DNA of 64,000 nucleotides from Ptychodera flava (Eukaryota): NCBI RefSeq assembly GCF_041260155.1, contig NW_027248355.1, positions 2,516,078 to 2,580,077 of the forward strand, read 5' to 3'. Shown piece by piece: positions 10,472 to 22,988 of this stretch (position 1 is its first letter; each line of letters starts with the position of its first letter). The notes under the pieces were generated by a model. It saw only the letters and a program-made list of their open reading frames with translations, ran no database searches and was not told where the DNA came from. The position numbers and the translations under genes were made by a program.

Positions 10472-13400
10472 TCTGTTGATAACAATGTTGTTTCATACTT
10501 AGGCCTACACTGTAGGCAGCCACAAAAAATCCCATGAAACCATTTTTCCCTGTCCATCGGGAAACTTTTTGAGCCAATGATCTGCACGATAATTCAATGT
10601 TAAATTCATCAATTTCATGGCAGCAACGAAAATCTCTCGAAAATCGGCCGTAATCCATGAAGGAAAAGAACTTTGCCGCAGTTTGGGTAATAATAAGCGG
10701 ACAGAGCATATCAGTCACCGCGGTCGGAGAAAACACTCATTCTATGTACGTGTCTTTCGACAATTATTTTCCGAAGCCATCATATGATCAGTATAAGCAT
10801 GGAGGTAGGTATGGTATAAGTTACTATATCGCCGACTTAGAAAGACAAGGGAATTATTAGTCGTATTGCCATCCACTGTACAAATGATTGACATCTCACT
10901 CAACCTGCCGTGGACACGTACGTACGTGTCTCCAGAGAAACGCGCCCGAACAAAAATCTAAGAAATTGTTGAACTGGTATGTTGGATTTTTTGTATCTCA
11001 CGCCTGTCGTATAGAACACAGTTTTTATCGAAATTGAATTCCCGTATCTCAGGGAAGGCACACTATAAAATAGTGCTAGTATAGTGCCTATGAAGGGTTT
11101 GCACGGTTAGCCCCGCGATCGAGGCGCCACTGGCACTGCTGTGCTAACTGCTATGTAATAGGGCCTACATAGTGTGGGGCTTAGTGTCGGGTCATAGCCA
11201 CTGGTGCTGTCAATACCCTTTTGCTTGGATATTGTCCATCGAAAGCTGTAAGTTTTCAGTGAATTACTTTTGAATGAATTACTTCTAACAAAACTTCCAC
11301 TACGATTCATGCTATGTTACGTACGTGTACAGCGATCGCGATTGCAAGGACATTGTATCCGAAGTAATAGTATCACGCCTGATGACATCATAGATCATGT
11401 GAAGACTTCGTTGTGATTGGTCAGATTGGCGTGTCACAGGTCAAATCTCAGCGGCAAATCTGATATCAGAAAGGCAGTTACGACCCTTTTGAATTGCTGA
11501 ATGCATTGTCGCTGTTTTTTCACTCGACTTTTGACAAAATTTCACTGAAATTTGCCGTTGGACATCACCTTGACAGCTTCGTATACCCTAGCTATGAATG
11601 TACAACCTATAGGCAATGTTCAAGACGCGTTAATTTTCATGTCATCGTCGTCACGATCGGCGTGTGGAGATCGGCTTGTGAACAATAGTCACCATTCTTA
11701 TAACCATGATAACACCCTGAGCTGGCCGAGCTGAGGATCAAGGCGATCGTTTGAATTTCGGTAAGTAAATTTTTGAGTATCCTTCTCTGCAACGTAACGA
11801 CGAATTTTATCTGTTTTTGTTCTGTGCAATTCTCGAGTAACACTGTCCAATTGTCTGAAAAACTCCCGAGGTTGAACGTTGAGTGAACAGTGTGAAAGGA
11901 GTGGCCTTTATCTGTTCATACCGATGTATTGATAGTGTCTATGTCTGGGGAATACATACTTCGACACTTTGGCGAAGGCACAGTCCCTCGGGGACTGTAC
12001 CCAGGGGGAAACTTTTGCTTATATGTGTATACAAATTTCCCTCGATGTACGATATAAAACAATGAAAAAACAATACATTTAGGAATAGTTAGGTAAGAAT
12101 TAAGTTCTTAAACTCTGACCTAGTATCGTTTGTACACGTGTTTCATGTCATGAAATTTGGTATACGTCTATTTTTAATATAAGATCATGCTGGACGATGC
12201 TGGACGTCTCTGTCTTTGACACTTAAGTTTCTTTTGAAATCTTCATTAATGTATTTTGACATTTGTTCAACGTTACCCGTAAATATTTTGCTGGCATATT
12301 GTAAGGCGAAATCCAAATCAATGATTGATTTACAATATTTCATTGAAGTTCTACATGAAATCTTACAACACAAAACATGCATACAATATTTTCAGTTATC
12401 TTTCTGTAGCTGTGGATCACTGGTAGCGTTGTCCCCCCCCCCCATCTAAAAGTAATTTAGATTCACAGATATAGTAGTAAACTAGTTTTCATGTCACATG
12501 TAGTCAAAATCACCAAACATAATCGCTGGGACTTTTTCCTTTACATTCCTTTTTATTCCATTGCATTTTCTTATTTGTAGCTGGAAGTGACGACATGTCT
12601 TTGTGGCAACGGATGCTGAGAAAAAGCAATGCTGATGACAACTTTACATCACCAATCTCATAAACCCACATTGGTCCAAAAGAGTAACCAAGCTTGCCAA
12701 GGCAAATATATAAGTGTAAGTACCGTTTGAAATATCTTTACAATTTAGTGACCTGGATTCCATTTCATGATATTTGCAAGACTCATTGTGAAAGGTATGT
12801 CAAGGCAGTTGCAATTACATACTAATTGGCAGATTGTTCTCTTGGCATTTTGTCTACTGTACTGTGCTAGTATATGTGATTGCATTAATGTTTCTTTTTT
12901 TTCTTTTTTTTTGTTTAGCCCTTTCTGTAGTCTACGGAAAGTAAACCAAGACACTGAACAATCAACTGGATCAAAAGTAACTGTTCCCACTATATCGTTG
13001 GATATGCCAACACTTTGTTATGAAGATGCCATGGATTAAGGGAGATATCCTGTGAAAGAACTGTTGATGAACTTGTGATTTCTTTTGTTTTGAGTCATTT
13101 GTTAGCATTTCCATCTGCAAAAATGTAAGGTAGGAATTCAATGAAAAACCTGGTAAGATTTTCTTTTGTTTGTGAATGTGTGTGAGTGTTTGTACCTGTG
13201 GCTACATTCTGAAAACTTACATGAGCACAAGAATGAGTAGCTACAGTGTGAGTGGTCGTGGCAAAGTGTGAAGGGTAGGGGTATGCTACTGGGGGTGGGG
13301 CTACCCATTGGGTCAGGTTCAATAGCGGCATGTATACCGTAAATCCTGTTTGTGGCAAGTATACCACAAAAACATTCTGCAAAGCCTAAATTTTGTGGCA

Positions 13401-13564
13401 AACATACCAGGACATGCATGAGTGTCGTGGTAAGCATACCACAATATGTGCGCCGCAAAATCCATCAACATGCGAAAATCTCAAGCTATACGTAAGCTTA
13501 CCAGGCAATTATGAAGACTTTACCAGAACTGTTCGCCGCAAGGCTTTAATTTTCGTAAGGGCAG

Positions 13565-13857
13565 GTTTTCAATGCACATGACCAGTATTTGTATTCCTTT
13601 GATTGTCAGAGTGGGGATGGTCAGATGAGATATCCCAGGGGAATAGCAATTGAAAATGAGAAATATGTCTATGTTACTACTGAGATCCCTAGTAGTGTAC
13701 TGAAGTTTGAGAGTAGTGGTAAGTTTGTTTGTCGTATTGATAGTGATGGGGATAAGCTGAACCACCCCACTGGTATAGCACTGACAGATGATGTACCTTG
13801 CAGGGTGGTTGTAGCAGACTGGGGCAACCACTGCATCAAAGTGTTTGTACAGTGATA
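13565..13857 (+). pseudogene. Displaced 3' fragment (last ~97 codons, final NHL blades) of the TRIM2/3-like gene that starts at 1444.
   Basis: It translates in frame from gtt at 13565 (VFNAHDQYLYSFDCQSGDGQMRYPRGIAIENEKYVYVTTEIPSSVLKFESSGKFVCRIDSDGDKLNHPTGIALTDDVPCRVVVADWGNHCIKVFVQ*), co-linear with 20419–20702 of the paralog. The 3' flank at 13858–14100 aligns with 20703–20950. Confidence 0.75.
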
Positions 13858-15977
13858 ACATCACAATAAGTTCTGTCAGATTGTGTTTTGTTGATTGGTA
13901 CCAGTCAGATTGCAGGACAAAGAGCCACTGATAAGATTAATAGAAATAACACATGTAAATAAATGCACATGCGTGTTGCAGAATAAAGAAAAAATGTTCT
14001 TTCTGTGAAATATAAGGTGATTCAGCTTTTCTTGCCATGCACATCTATAATTTACAACAGCAAAGGGAAGATATAGAGTACTATATCTTTTTAACCAATT
14101 TTAGTAATCATGATGGGCATTTTCGTAACATATGAAAAGAGAGGACAAATGGTCGTACAGGAACACATTTGGAAACATATGCTTTCTCTGACAAAATACG
14201 GAACATTGTTTCAGTTTATTTTAACTCAAGTTTAGTCGCTATATATTCACAGACATCAAGATTCAATTACAGTGAACACCTGAAACATTTCAAAATTATG
14301 GGATTCTGGGATCAAACACGGCACGTCTGATCAGTAGTGTGGCTTTTTGACATTTGCATAGATTTATAATAATCCAGCTTTTATGGAGGAAGTTCCTGTT
14401 TCAAGTGAAGGCAAACTGATTGGTAAAATATCCATCACTGTTTAAAAGGTCTGTGACCAATTACAACACTGAGAGTGAAAATTGATTGAGACAAACTGAT
14501 GAATGGCAAAATTATGCAAAGGTTTTGCTAGTGTTAGGGATTTGATTTTATGTAAACCCAACATCATAAAGTCATAAAGTTGAAGTTCACCAATGATCAT
14601 TGCATTCAAGCAAGGTTGAACATTATGGATCATATCAACAGTACTTTGGCATTGAGTGTACTTAAGGGGGGTGCTGCACCCAACACACATATTTGCTCAA
14701 AAATCATGTTATTGCAAATATTCATACACCGGTATGTTAACCCAAGATCAAAATGTTGGTGGGGTTCACCTTTTAGCTTGTCAAGCAGTCATAAGTTTCG
14801 TGATAAAGAAGTGTTAATTTATGCAAATGAATACAAATCACCCAATTTCCTGGCTTCTTTTTCCTCCCAATAAATAAGAGGCATTTGAATTTTACTAATC
14901 ATGATTTTAATTACTTTTTTTGAATGTCAGTTTTTTTTAACCCTTGCCATTTTTGAATGAGGATAGATCATGCAAAATAAAATAGTCGTTTTTTTTCTAC
15001 ATATACGCTTCTTTTAAGTGAAATATTACATTTCAGATAATAGTGTCAAGTTTTTAGACTTAGATTAATTTTTATCATTAATACCAAAATTGAGGTTTTT
15101 TACCCACATATACACCCACTTCATCTTTCGAGTCAACTACTGCTACCATACTAAACTTTAGAGTCTCTGCTTACAATCTTTAGCTCATATTTGGTATGAA
15201 TATAATACCAAAAAGAGCTTATATGATGAGTCGGTGGTGTCTGTATGTCTGTATATTTGTGGGTATGTATGTGCGGATGTATGTCCGTCACACGCAAAGG
15301 CTCCCATACCGCCAAAGCTACCATCTCAGTATTTGATGTACAGGTAGATGCATTGGTTGAGATGTGAATTTGTTCAAATGAACACGTCAGTGTCAAAAAT
15401 GTGCAAATGAGGTAAAAAAAAGGGAAATCCTGCAAATGTGCAGGAGTGGTGGGATGCCAGTGACTTGAAACAGGCAAACTCCACTGACTTGAGTCATTTC
15501 CTGTCATTGTTTATGAACTGTTACATATTAACAGACCAGCTCAAACCATAGACAGTAGAGGGAAGGAAGACCGTCTAGATGGTCAAACTAAGAGGGGCTA
15601 GCTGCCTTTCTGCTATGCATGTTGCTAAAGTTGGCCTCCAGTACCTAAAGTTCAGACCTTATTACTTTCATTCACTTGTTTTTCTGGTTGAAAATATGTA
15701 GTACGAGGGGGTTTCCTTGTCATCTTTGATGAGAAATATTGCTCTGAAAAAAACTGTTGGCAACATGCAGCTCCACCTTAACAACAGCTCATTGGTGACT
15801 TACTGGATGAACAATCAGCTTATACTGTGTCTTCACTTGTGAACTCAAATGCAACCTTACTGTCTCTATTTTCACTATTTATATTCTTTGTCCACATATT
15901 TCATTTTTGTTTATCAGGTTTTGTCAATATTGTTAATATAGTAATTATTTCAATAAGTTGTCAAAGAACATCCTTCT

Positions 15978-16073
15978 TTAACCTTTTCAACCCAAATTCC
16001 CTGTAAACATCAGGTCCACTACCACCATTGATTACAATGGGACTGGGCCAAACCACGGTGGTAAAAGGGTTAA
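15978..16073. repeat. MITE (AACCCTTT-terminus family)
   Basis: ttaaccttttcaaccc ... ggtggtaaaagggttaa are inverted termini. Confidence 0.5.
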
Positions 16074-16289
16074 TACCTCCCTTCTACCTCAGTCATGCAC
16101 GGTATCCAAATTTCTAGTTTCTACAATTACAACAATAAAACAGCTTAGTCAAAAACCAGTACTTATGGTAGCGAAGGAGATTATAGACGTATTAAGGATG
16201 TTGGTTCTTATAGGTATAAATTTCCATTATTAACCATAAGATAACATTTTGGAGAAAAAAAGTTGGGAAGAAGTAGGAAAGGATTTGAC

Positions 16290-16294
<5 letters not shown>

Positions 16295-16338
<44 letters not shown>
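16295..16338. repeat. (AC)n microsatellite
   Basis: Visible dinucleotide run. Confidence 0.9.
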
Positions 16339-16340
<2 letters not shown>

Positions 16341-18498
16341 CAGTATATGTATGTTTGTATATGTCTCTGTGTGGATAAGCCATTTGAAATACATGACTTG
16401 ATGACTTGTTGATAGCTGCTATTCCTCACAAACAACTTCAAAGCGTTTTTTCAAAACTTTGAAATTTAAATTAGACAACCGATGAGAGGAATTTTACCCT
16501 TGGAAGAAATCAACGCAATGAGGGCCAGTCTCAGGATGCTTCATTTATTTTCTGTTCAGTTTCCACAAATATTATCCTACCATTTCATGAGTCATGGCAC
16601 TCAATCACTACAAATATGAATATTAGTGTACCTGGTGTATCAGTCATATTTATGGATAGAGTCTCCTGCTACACCTGTTGGTCAGATTCAAGAAAAAATA
16701 TGTTTTTAGCAACCGAGTAAAATTCTTTCATCAGTCAGACAAATTTAATTAATCACTTGACAGACAGATTGATCAACAGTCTGACTGCTTGATTATTGGT
16801 GTCCATTTGTTAAATTTCATCAGTAGATATTAGATTAATCAATAAGTCAAGGACTCTTAAACTTAAGCAATGCTTCCACTCTATTAGTCAATGCTTTGCA
16901 GCAATTATACCAGACCATGGCCTTCATGATATACACTAAGAAACATTTCATTTTATGCCAGTATGTCCAATTTAACATGGTGTCAGGGATGGATATGAGT
17001 ATTTTCCAAAAGTTTACCAGTCCTGTGGTTTTGTTAAGGCCGGTACCCCGGTAAATGTTACTGGGGTTCCCGTTTGTATACGATGCAATATCAGAATAGG
17101 TGAAGGCAGAAATGTCACCAGGGTTCCCAAATCATTTACCATTATTCCCCAAAATTAGCAAAAACACTGCAGTCTGCGAACAGAAATTACTTCACTTCAG
17201 AAAGACAAGGAAGAATTTGGTTTACTACTGGTAAATAGTTACTGTAGTAGATATATTGCTCATTCTTGTAAAAATGGTGGCGACTTTTGAATGATAAATT
17301 ATAGTTACTAGCAAATAACCTTGGTGATTTATTAGTTTGGACAAAACTGTCATCCAAGTGACCCTAACCTTTGGAATTTGTTTTATGTACATACCAGTAT
17401 CTGCATTGAAAGAAATGGGCAGGAATACATTGTTTTGAATTTCAAAGTCTGTCAGTTCAAATTGATTTATGTAAGACAGCACCATTGTGGTAATTATATT
17501 GGCTGGCTGGGATCCACAAACTCTGTCATGTGCAGTCCCAATCGACAATTTAGTATAAAGTACAGCTACATGTACTAAATGTCATTTTCATGCAACTTTT
17601 CCACTATTTCTTGATTGGTAAAACAAAATCAACTGTTAAAGCTATTGGTGACAATGACATTGCTGATTGCTATAGTAGACAGCATTGAAGTACCGGTACA
17701 TGGACATTATCAAATGATAAGTTAAACACAGAGAAGTAGTGGGTGGTTTTAGAGTTTAAATATGAGAAAATACTAATTGGGTGAAACAAATTTGAATCAA
17801 AGCAGATTGCCATGATGGAGACAGCATTGAAGTACAGGGAAATTAATGGAATAAAAAATAAAGCACCACATACCGATATGAAGGGTTTTTTTTCAGAGAT
17901 TTTCATTATGAGAAATTACTTGTCTCTGTCAGTGTTGTATCTGACTCACAAAATTTCACATAAATTCACTGACAGCTACTCATTTTAAAAATTTGTAGAA
18001 ATTTCTTTCAATCACCTCTATACCTCTGTAATTGCAAGTCTATGAGATGTCATAAATGCTTCTGTAAACAAGGCAAGTTCTTAAATCCCTGGGTAGCCAT
18101 TACATCCCTCGGTTGCCAATCTTGTATACGCCATACCACTGCTAGGGTTCTGTATAAAATTCACCCTACTATAGGATTGTATACAAGAGCTGTAATGTAA
18201 TAAAGGCCCCAGGAAAACTATACATACACATATCTTCAACAGCATTCTCTTCAATGTTACCTCAGACTTAGTCACATGACATTCAATATAATGGATCGCC
18301 TGATGATCAAGAAGTAGGTCATCCAGAGCTCCATAACTTAGTGAATATTGATAATGTAGAATTTGCATAGCTTCAGAGCATCAACAATTCATAAGTCACA
18401 TGACAACATTTACTGCGTCTGCAATATCATGCTGAGGTGCCCAATCTGCTATCAGCTCTGTGCCTGTTTCAGTTGGTTCACTGACACACCTCTGCACA

Positions 18499-20702
18499 AT
18501 GGCTGCCGCTCCTGAACGTAAAGCTTTAGAAGAAATAAGTGAAGATTTCTGTGTTGTACCATCTGTCTGGAGCAGTTCAAGTCTCCTAAAATTCTACCAT
18601 GTCTGCATACATTCTGTGAGCAGTGTTTAGTCACACTGGTTGAGAAGACTGGATCTCTGAACTGTCCAGAATGTCGACAGCAATGTCAGCTTCCTGTTGG
18701 AGGAGTGCCAGCGATAAAAGGCAACTTCTTTATGAGCAGTCTGATTGAGATATTCAAGCAACGACTGGAGTCTATGCAGGGAACTGAGATCAGGTGTGCA
18801 GGTTGCAAAGAGAACACAGCCACTCACAGGTGTATGGACTGCAGACAGTATCTTTGTAACAACTGTGTTAAGGTACATCAAAATCTACCATTTACGCAGA
18901 CACATCAACTGATGACCATTGGAGAATATGAAACAGCAAAGTCAACCAGTCTGGTAACACTACAAGCAGTGGAATATTGCCGTCTCCATAGAAAGAATGA
19001 AATTGAATTCTACTGTGAAACCTGTCAGGTACCTGTATGTTCAAATTGCACCATAGTCGAACACCGCATACCAGAACATGTACACAGAGACTTGAAAGAT
19101 GCAGCAGATGAGTATCTTACAGAATTGAAAGCCATGGTTGACAAACTGAAAGTGAAAGAACAGGAAGCTGAAAAGAACAAAACCCTGGCCAAGCAGATAC
19201 ACACTGATCTTACAGAGCAGTGCAGCAGAGAAGAAAGGAAGGTGAGAATGAAAGCAGAAGAAATCATCAAGAAAATAAAGAGAGAAGAGCAGAGACTGAT
19301 AGATGAACTGAAAAACAATTACAAAATGAAAATTAAAAGAGCAGCTGTTGATATTGATGAGATGGAATTAAAACATGGTAACATTAAGAGTGCATGCAGT
19401 TACGTAAAGACACTGATGCATCATGGAAATGCTGCTCAACTTCTGTCCACAAAGGGTGATGTGGGCACTCGTATAAAGCAACTGATAACCATGGAAACTG
19501 TGGCCAACACTGAACACGAAGACTTAACATTCACACCACATGATCAGTACAGTAGGCATGGAATTCTGGGGATCCTGAAATCTGATGTGTGTCTGTCAAA
19601 GTGTACAGTTGAAAACATTCCAAAACAACTCCTGAAAGGTGACTCTGAAGACCTACTGATCACAACCAGAGATTCCACTGGAAAACAAGTCATCCCAAAA
19701 CAACAAGTGAAAGCCAAGGTAAGAAAACCTGATGCATCATGGGAAGACATCAATGTAGCTGATAACAGAGATGGTACACACAAAGTTACAGTGGCTGGAA
19801 AATTGGATGGAAAATATCATGTTTCCATGGCAATAGGAGATCAACCAATACCAGGCTGTCCTGTCATCATACCTGTCATCAAAGGATTGCTGAAGACCAT
19901 TGGCAGTAAAGGAAGTGCTGAGCGACAGTACATCTATCCCAGGAGTGTGGCCATAAACAAAGACAGAGACATTGTCACTGCAGATATGAATAATAATAGG
20001 TTGCAGATAACAAACAGAAAGGGAACATTTAAGAAATTTTTGGAATTCAAACAATTTGAATATCCTTTCAAACCACTTGATATTGTCATATCAAGTGATA
20101 ATACACATTATAGTTTAAATAACAACAATAGGCAAGTAGTTGTCAGTGATGAGAATGGACATGTCATCAGATGCTTTGGACAAAATGAGTTGAAAAATCC
20201 ACGTGGTATTGGGATTAGTCCTGTAGATGGCAATGTCTATGTGACAGATAGGGATGTGCATTGTGTCAGGGTTTATACACAACAAGGCAAATACCTTAGA
20301 TCATTTGGTTCAGAAGGTAAAGGTCAAAGGCAATTCAATTGTCCTTGGGGTGTAGTGATAACAACTACTGGAATGGTATTTGTAGCAGACCACCATAACC
20401 AGCTTATCCAGGTATTTAATGCAGATGACCAGTATTTGTATTCCTTTGATTGTCACAGTAGGGATGGTAAGATGAGACGTCCCATAGGAATAGCAATAGA
20501 AAATGATAAATATGTCTATGTTACTGCTGAATACCCTCATAGTGTACTGAAGTTTGAGAGTAGTGGTAAGTTTGTTTGTCGTATTGATAATGATAGGGAT
20601 GGGCTGAACCACCCTGCTGGTATAGCACTGACAGATGATGTACCTTGCAGGGTGGTTGTAGCTGATTACAACAACCACTACATCAAAGTGTTTGTACAGT
20701 GA
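18499..20702 (+). CDS. TRIM2/TRIM3-like E3 ligase paralog (RING, two B-boxes, coiled coil, filamin repeat, 6 NHL repeats). The C-terminal ~720 codons are contiguous, but there is a 1-bp deletion (ttcc to ttc, ~18549) 17 codons after the ATG. This is either a frameshifted pseudogene or an assembly error.
   Basis: ATGGCTGCCGCTCCTGAACGT at 18499 aligns with the ATG of copy 1 at 1444. After gaagatttc one C is missing relative to 1490–1500, and the RING then continues in frame 0 (RFLCCTICLEQFKSPKILPCLHTFCEQC...). ORF 18705–20702 encodes all NHL blades and ends ...YIKVFVQ*. Confidence 0.7.
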
Positions 20703-20986
20703 TAACATAACAACTAATTGTACCAGACTGTGTTTTCTTAATGAGTATCAGTCAAATCAGGGGACAAAGAGACACTGCTAAGATTACAAATAATACATGT
20801 AAATGTACATGCATGTTGTGAATATGGACAAATTGTACTTCAGACTAGATTATAAGGTGATTCACCTTCTCTTGCCATGCAAATGTATAATTTACACAGC
20901 AAAGGGAAGATACAGAATATTTACTAATTAAAACAAATACCAATTTGATGTCATAAAAAAGTATTGAAACTTTGATTTTTCCAGGT

Positions 20987-21079
20987 TTAACCCTTTCACC
21001 ACCATGGTTTGTCCCAAATCCATTGTTTTCTATGGTAAAGTTGGACCTGTATACAGGGAACTGGGGGTGAAAGGGTTAA
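20987..21079. repeat. MITE, ~93 bp, with AACCCTTTCACCACC inverted termini
   Basis: ttaaccctttcaccaccatgg...ctgggggtgaaagggttaa. A second copy lies at 52238–52329. Confidence 0.65.
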
Positions 21080-21099
21080 AGGGGCTGATTTTTATCAGT

Positions 21100-21470
21100 T
21101 TATGATTGTATATTTTGCAAGAAACAAGATTTAAACTTTTGCTTACACTTTCCTTGCTGAAGCTTTCAACTATTTACCAAGCAAGATAAAAACCAGGGGT
21201 CACTGTGCAAAGTCTTGTACCAGAGAAACAAATACCCTATTCAGTAAAATTTACCTATATTTGAAATTCTAAATGGCACCATTTTCTGTGTTCACTCTAT
21301 TGGTAAAAATGAAATTGGCGATTTTCGAAGAAATTAAGACAGTGAAAGTTTTTCTTAGTCCAAGAGCTTTAAAATTAGCCCCAACAAGCAGTAGATCAAA
21401 AAGTATTGGACACGTTTTAGAGTCGGAATATGTGTCCCCAAAGGCACATTGTACTTCAAGCTGAATGATG
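21100..21470 (+). repeat. Copy of a dispersed SINE-like repeat family (core ...gactttaacttttgctcaaactttcctca...aatcaagaataa...ggggtcactgtgcaaa...agagaaacaaat...).
   Basis: Aligns with 43610–43970, 57100–57480 and 24660–24870. Confidence 0.5.
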
Positions 21471-22569
21471 TAATTCAGTGTTGCATGCATTATGTTATCA
21501 GTGTCTGTGTATTTCAATTTATATGTACCAGCATTGTGTGGGTGTAGTCCATACTTCATTTTTTGTCAAACTCAAGTGATGGAGATTTTTTGATCCATCA
21601 CAAGGCTGAGAATGAAAATGGATAGAGACATACTGATAAATTGCAAAAGCATGCGATGGTTTTGCTAAATGAGTTGGATTTCATCACATAATTAAGCTGG
21701 GCTGAACTTCATGAATCATATCAACATTGACACAAAATCTTTGTGATAACTGACAGCACAGACAATCAGCCTGCACATATGAACTCTATCGGGACTTTAT
21801 TTTCTCTGTTTGCATTAGTTTTATCCATTGTTCTTATTTTTGATTTTTGTGTGTCATATTTTGTCAATATTATTGGTGTTGTGTGTTATCGAATAATAAA
21901 TTGAAATTGGTTGTCAATTAAGCACTGGCGTACCTCCCTTCTATCCCCATCAAACACGTCATTCATTCACGTTTCTTCCGTACAACGTTTCTAATTCCTA
22001 CATTACAACCATGTGATGGCATAGTCCAACTTACTTATAACAGGAGGACATTATATTTATGTATGACCGATATTTGTTTTTATTAGCCAATTCCAAAGTT
22101 AACCATATGAAGTCAATTTCAGCCAGTAAGTTGAGGAAAAGTAGCATGTTTGTGAGTCAGTGTCAACATGCCAAGACCACATTTTGCATAACAATAGCCA
22201 GCTAGCTGGGACAATGAGACTTTAGTGAGACTGTAGTGAGGTATGGGAAATAATGCCATGGCTTTAATCAGAAATTTTATGGTAACTTGATTCATTGTGC
22301 GTTTTTGACAAATTGACCAACTGTTCACCAATATTTGCTGGCTCTTTTCCCTTCCAAAATTTATCTTGTTAAGGGAAGCAACTTCAGTTTTCAACTGCCT
22401 TTCCAGGCCATGAATTAGTTACATTTTGCCATCCATTTGAATAAATATTAAAACTTATCACATTCTTTTCTGGTAAACCCATGATCATTTTCTCACAAGC
22501 AAAATATTTGTTTGAGACCTTTGTCCTTGCAAGTGTGAATTCTAATATCATGATATCCATTTTCTTTAG

Positions 22570-22720
22570 GAATCTAACCACACAGTTTTCGGACATTCTA
22601 AAGGAAGCAGTAATGTATGCTGGGAATTTACCCATAGTTCTTTGCATAGATGGGTTAGATCTGCTGGAAGATGTTCACCAAGCAAGGAACATGGACTGGC
22701 TGCCACCATTACTGCCTGAG
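22570..22720 (+). CDS. NACHT–WD40 (NWD/TEP1-like STAND NTPase) gene, first resolvable exon (Walker B region ...PIVLCIDGLDLLEDV...). Upstream exons, including the Walker-A exon, were not found.
   Basis: Acceptor ttctttag|g, donor gag|gtaaaa. Translation: NLTTQFSDILKEAVMYAGNLPIVLCIDGLDLLEDVHQARNMDWLPPLLPE. Confidence 0.65.
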
Positions 22721-22988
22721 GTAAAAAATTTAAGAATTTGAATTAGCCAATCATCTGACTTTTTTTCCTTAATTAACCAATCACTTTGCTTCACAGAAAA
22801 TCTGTATATATACCAATCATCTGAGTGACATATTTCTGAATGAGCCAATCACCTAGTTGCATGTTATGTAGCTCTATATTGTCAAATGTGTTGCACACAA
22901 AACAGTTTTGGCCAATTAAGAGTTAAAGTTATTGTGCAATGTATTGTTACAGTATTGTACCATGTATGTATTGTAATTTATTTGACAG

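Larger units (their letters stand above)
3370..13564. mobile_element. ~10.2-kb composite insertion splitting the TRIM gene. It is a non-autonomous element with degenerate inverted subterminal repeats (3370–3717 at the left, ~13300–13564 at the right). It carries a nested LTR retrotransposon (3718–9985) and a foldback palindrome.
   Basis: The paralog at 20395–20440 reads through uninterrupted. In copy 1 the sequence leaves homology after cgtatccac (3369) and returns at gttttcaatgcacatgaccagtatttg (13565). The left end carries motifs such as tgtggtatgtttgccattgaaggcttacgtaaat; their reverse complements (tgtggcaaacatacca, tacgtaagcttaccaggcaa) recur near the right end. No ORF longer than 120 aa and no transposase-like ORF occurs outside the LTR element. 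Confidence 0.55.

Noticed and set aside
10200-11500. GC-rich block that might have suggested bacterial or foreign DNA
   Set aside because: It has no ORF with prokaryotic gene features and is embedded in the transposon-like insertion. The sequence alone gives no basis to call it horizontally transferred.
3369-13565. Alternative reading: a 10-kb intron in TRIM copy 1 rather than an insertion
   Set aside because: No GT dinucleotide at 3361–3376 lies in a phase compatible with any AG acceptor at 13556–13585. The paralog is uninterrupted here, and the intervening DNA is bounded by transposon-like inverted subterminal repeats and contains a complete LTR element.
22119-22647. Minus-strand ORFs 22119–22394 and 22384–22647 near the start of the NACHT–WD40 gene
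   Set aside because: They have no recognisable motifs and overlap the plus-strand exon 22570–22720 in antisense. They cannot supply the missing Walker-A exon, which must be on the plus strand.
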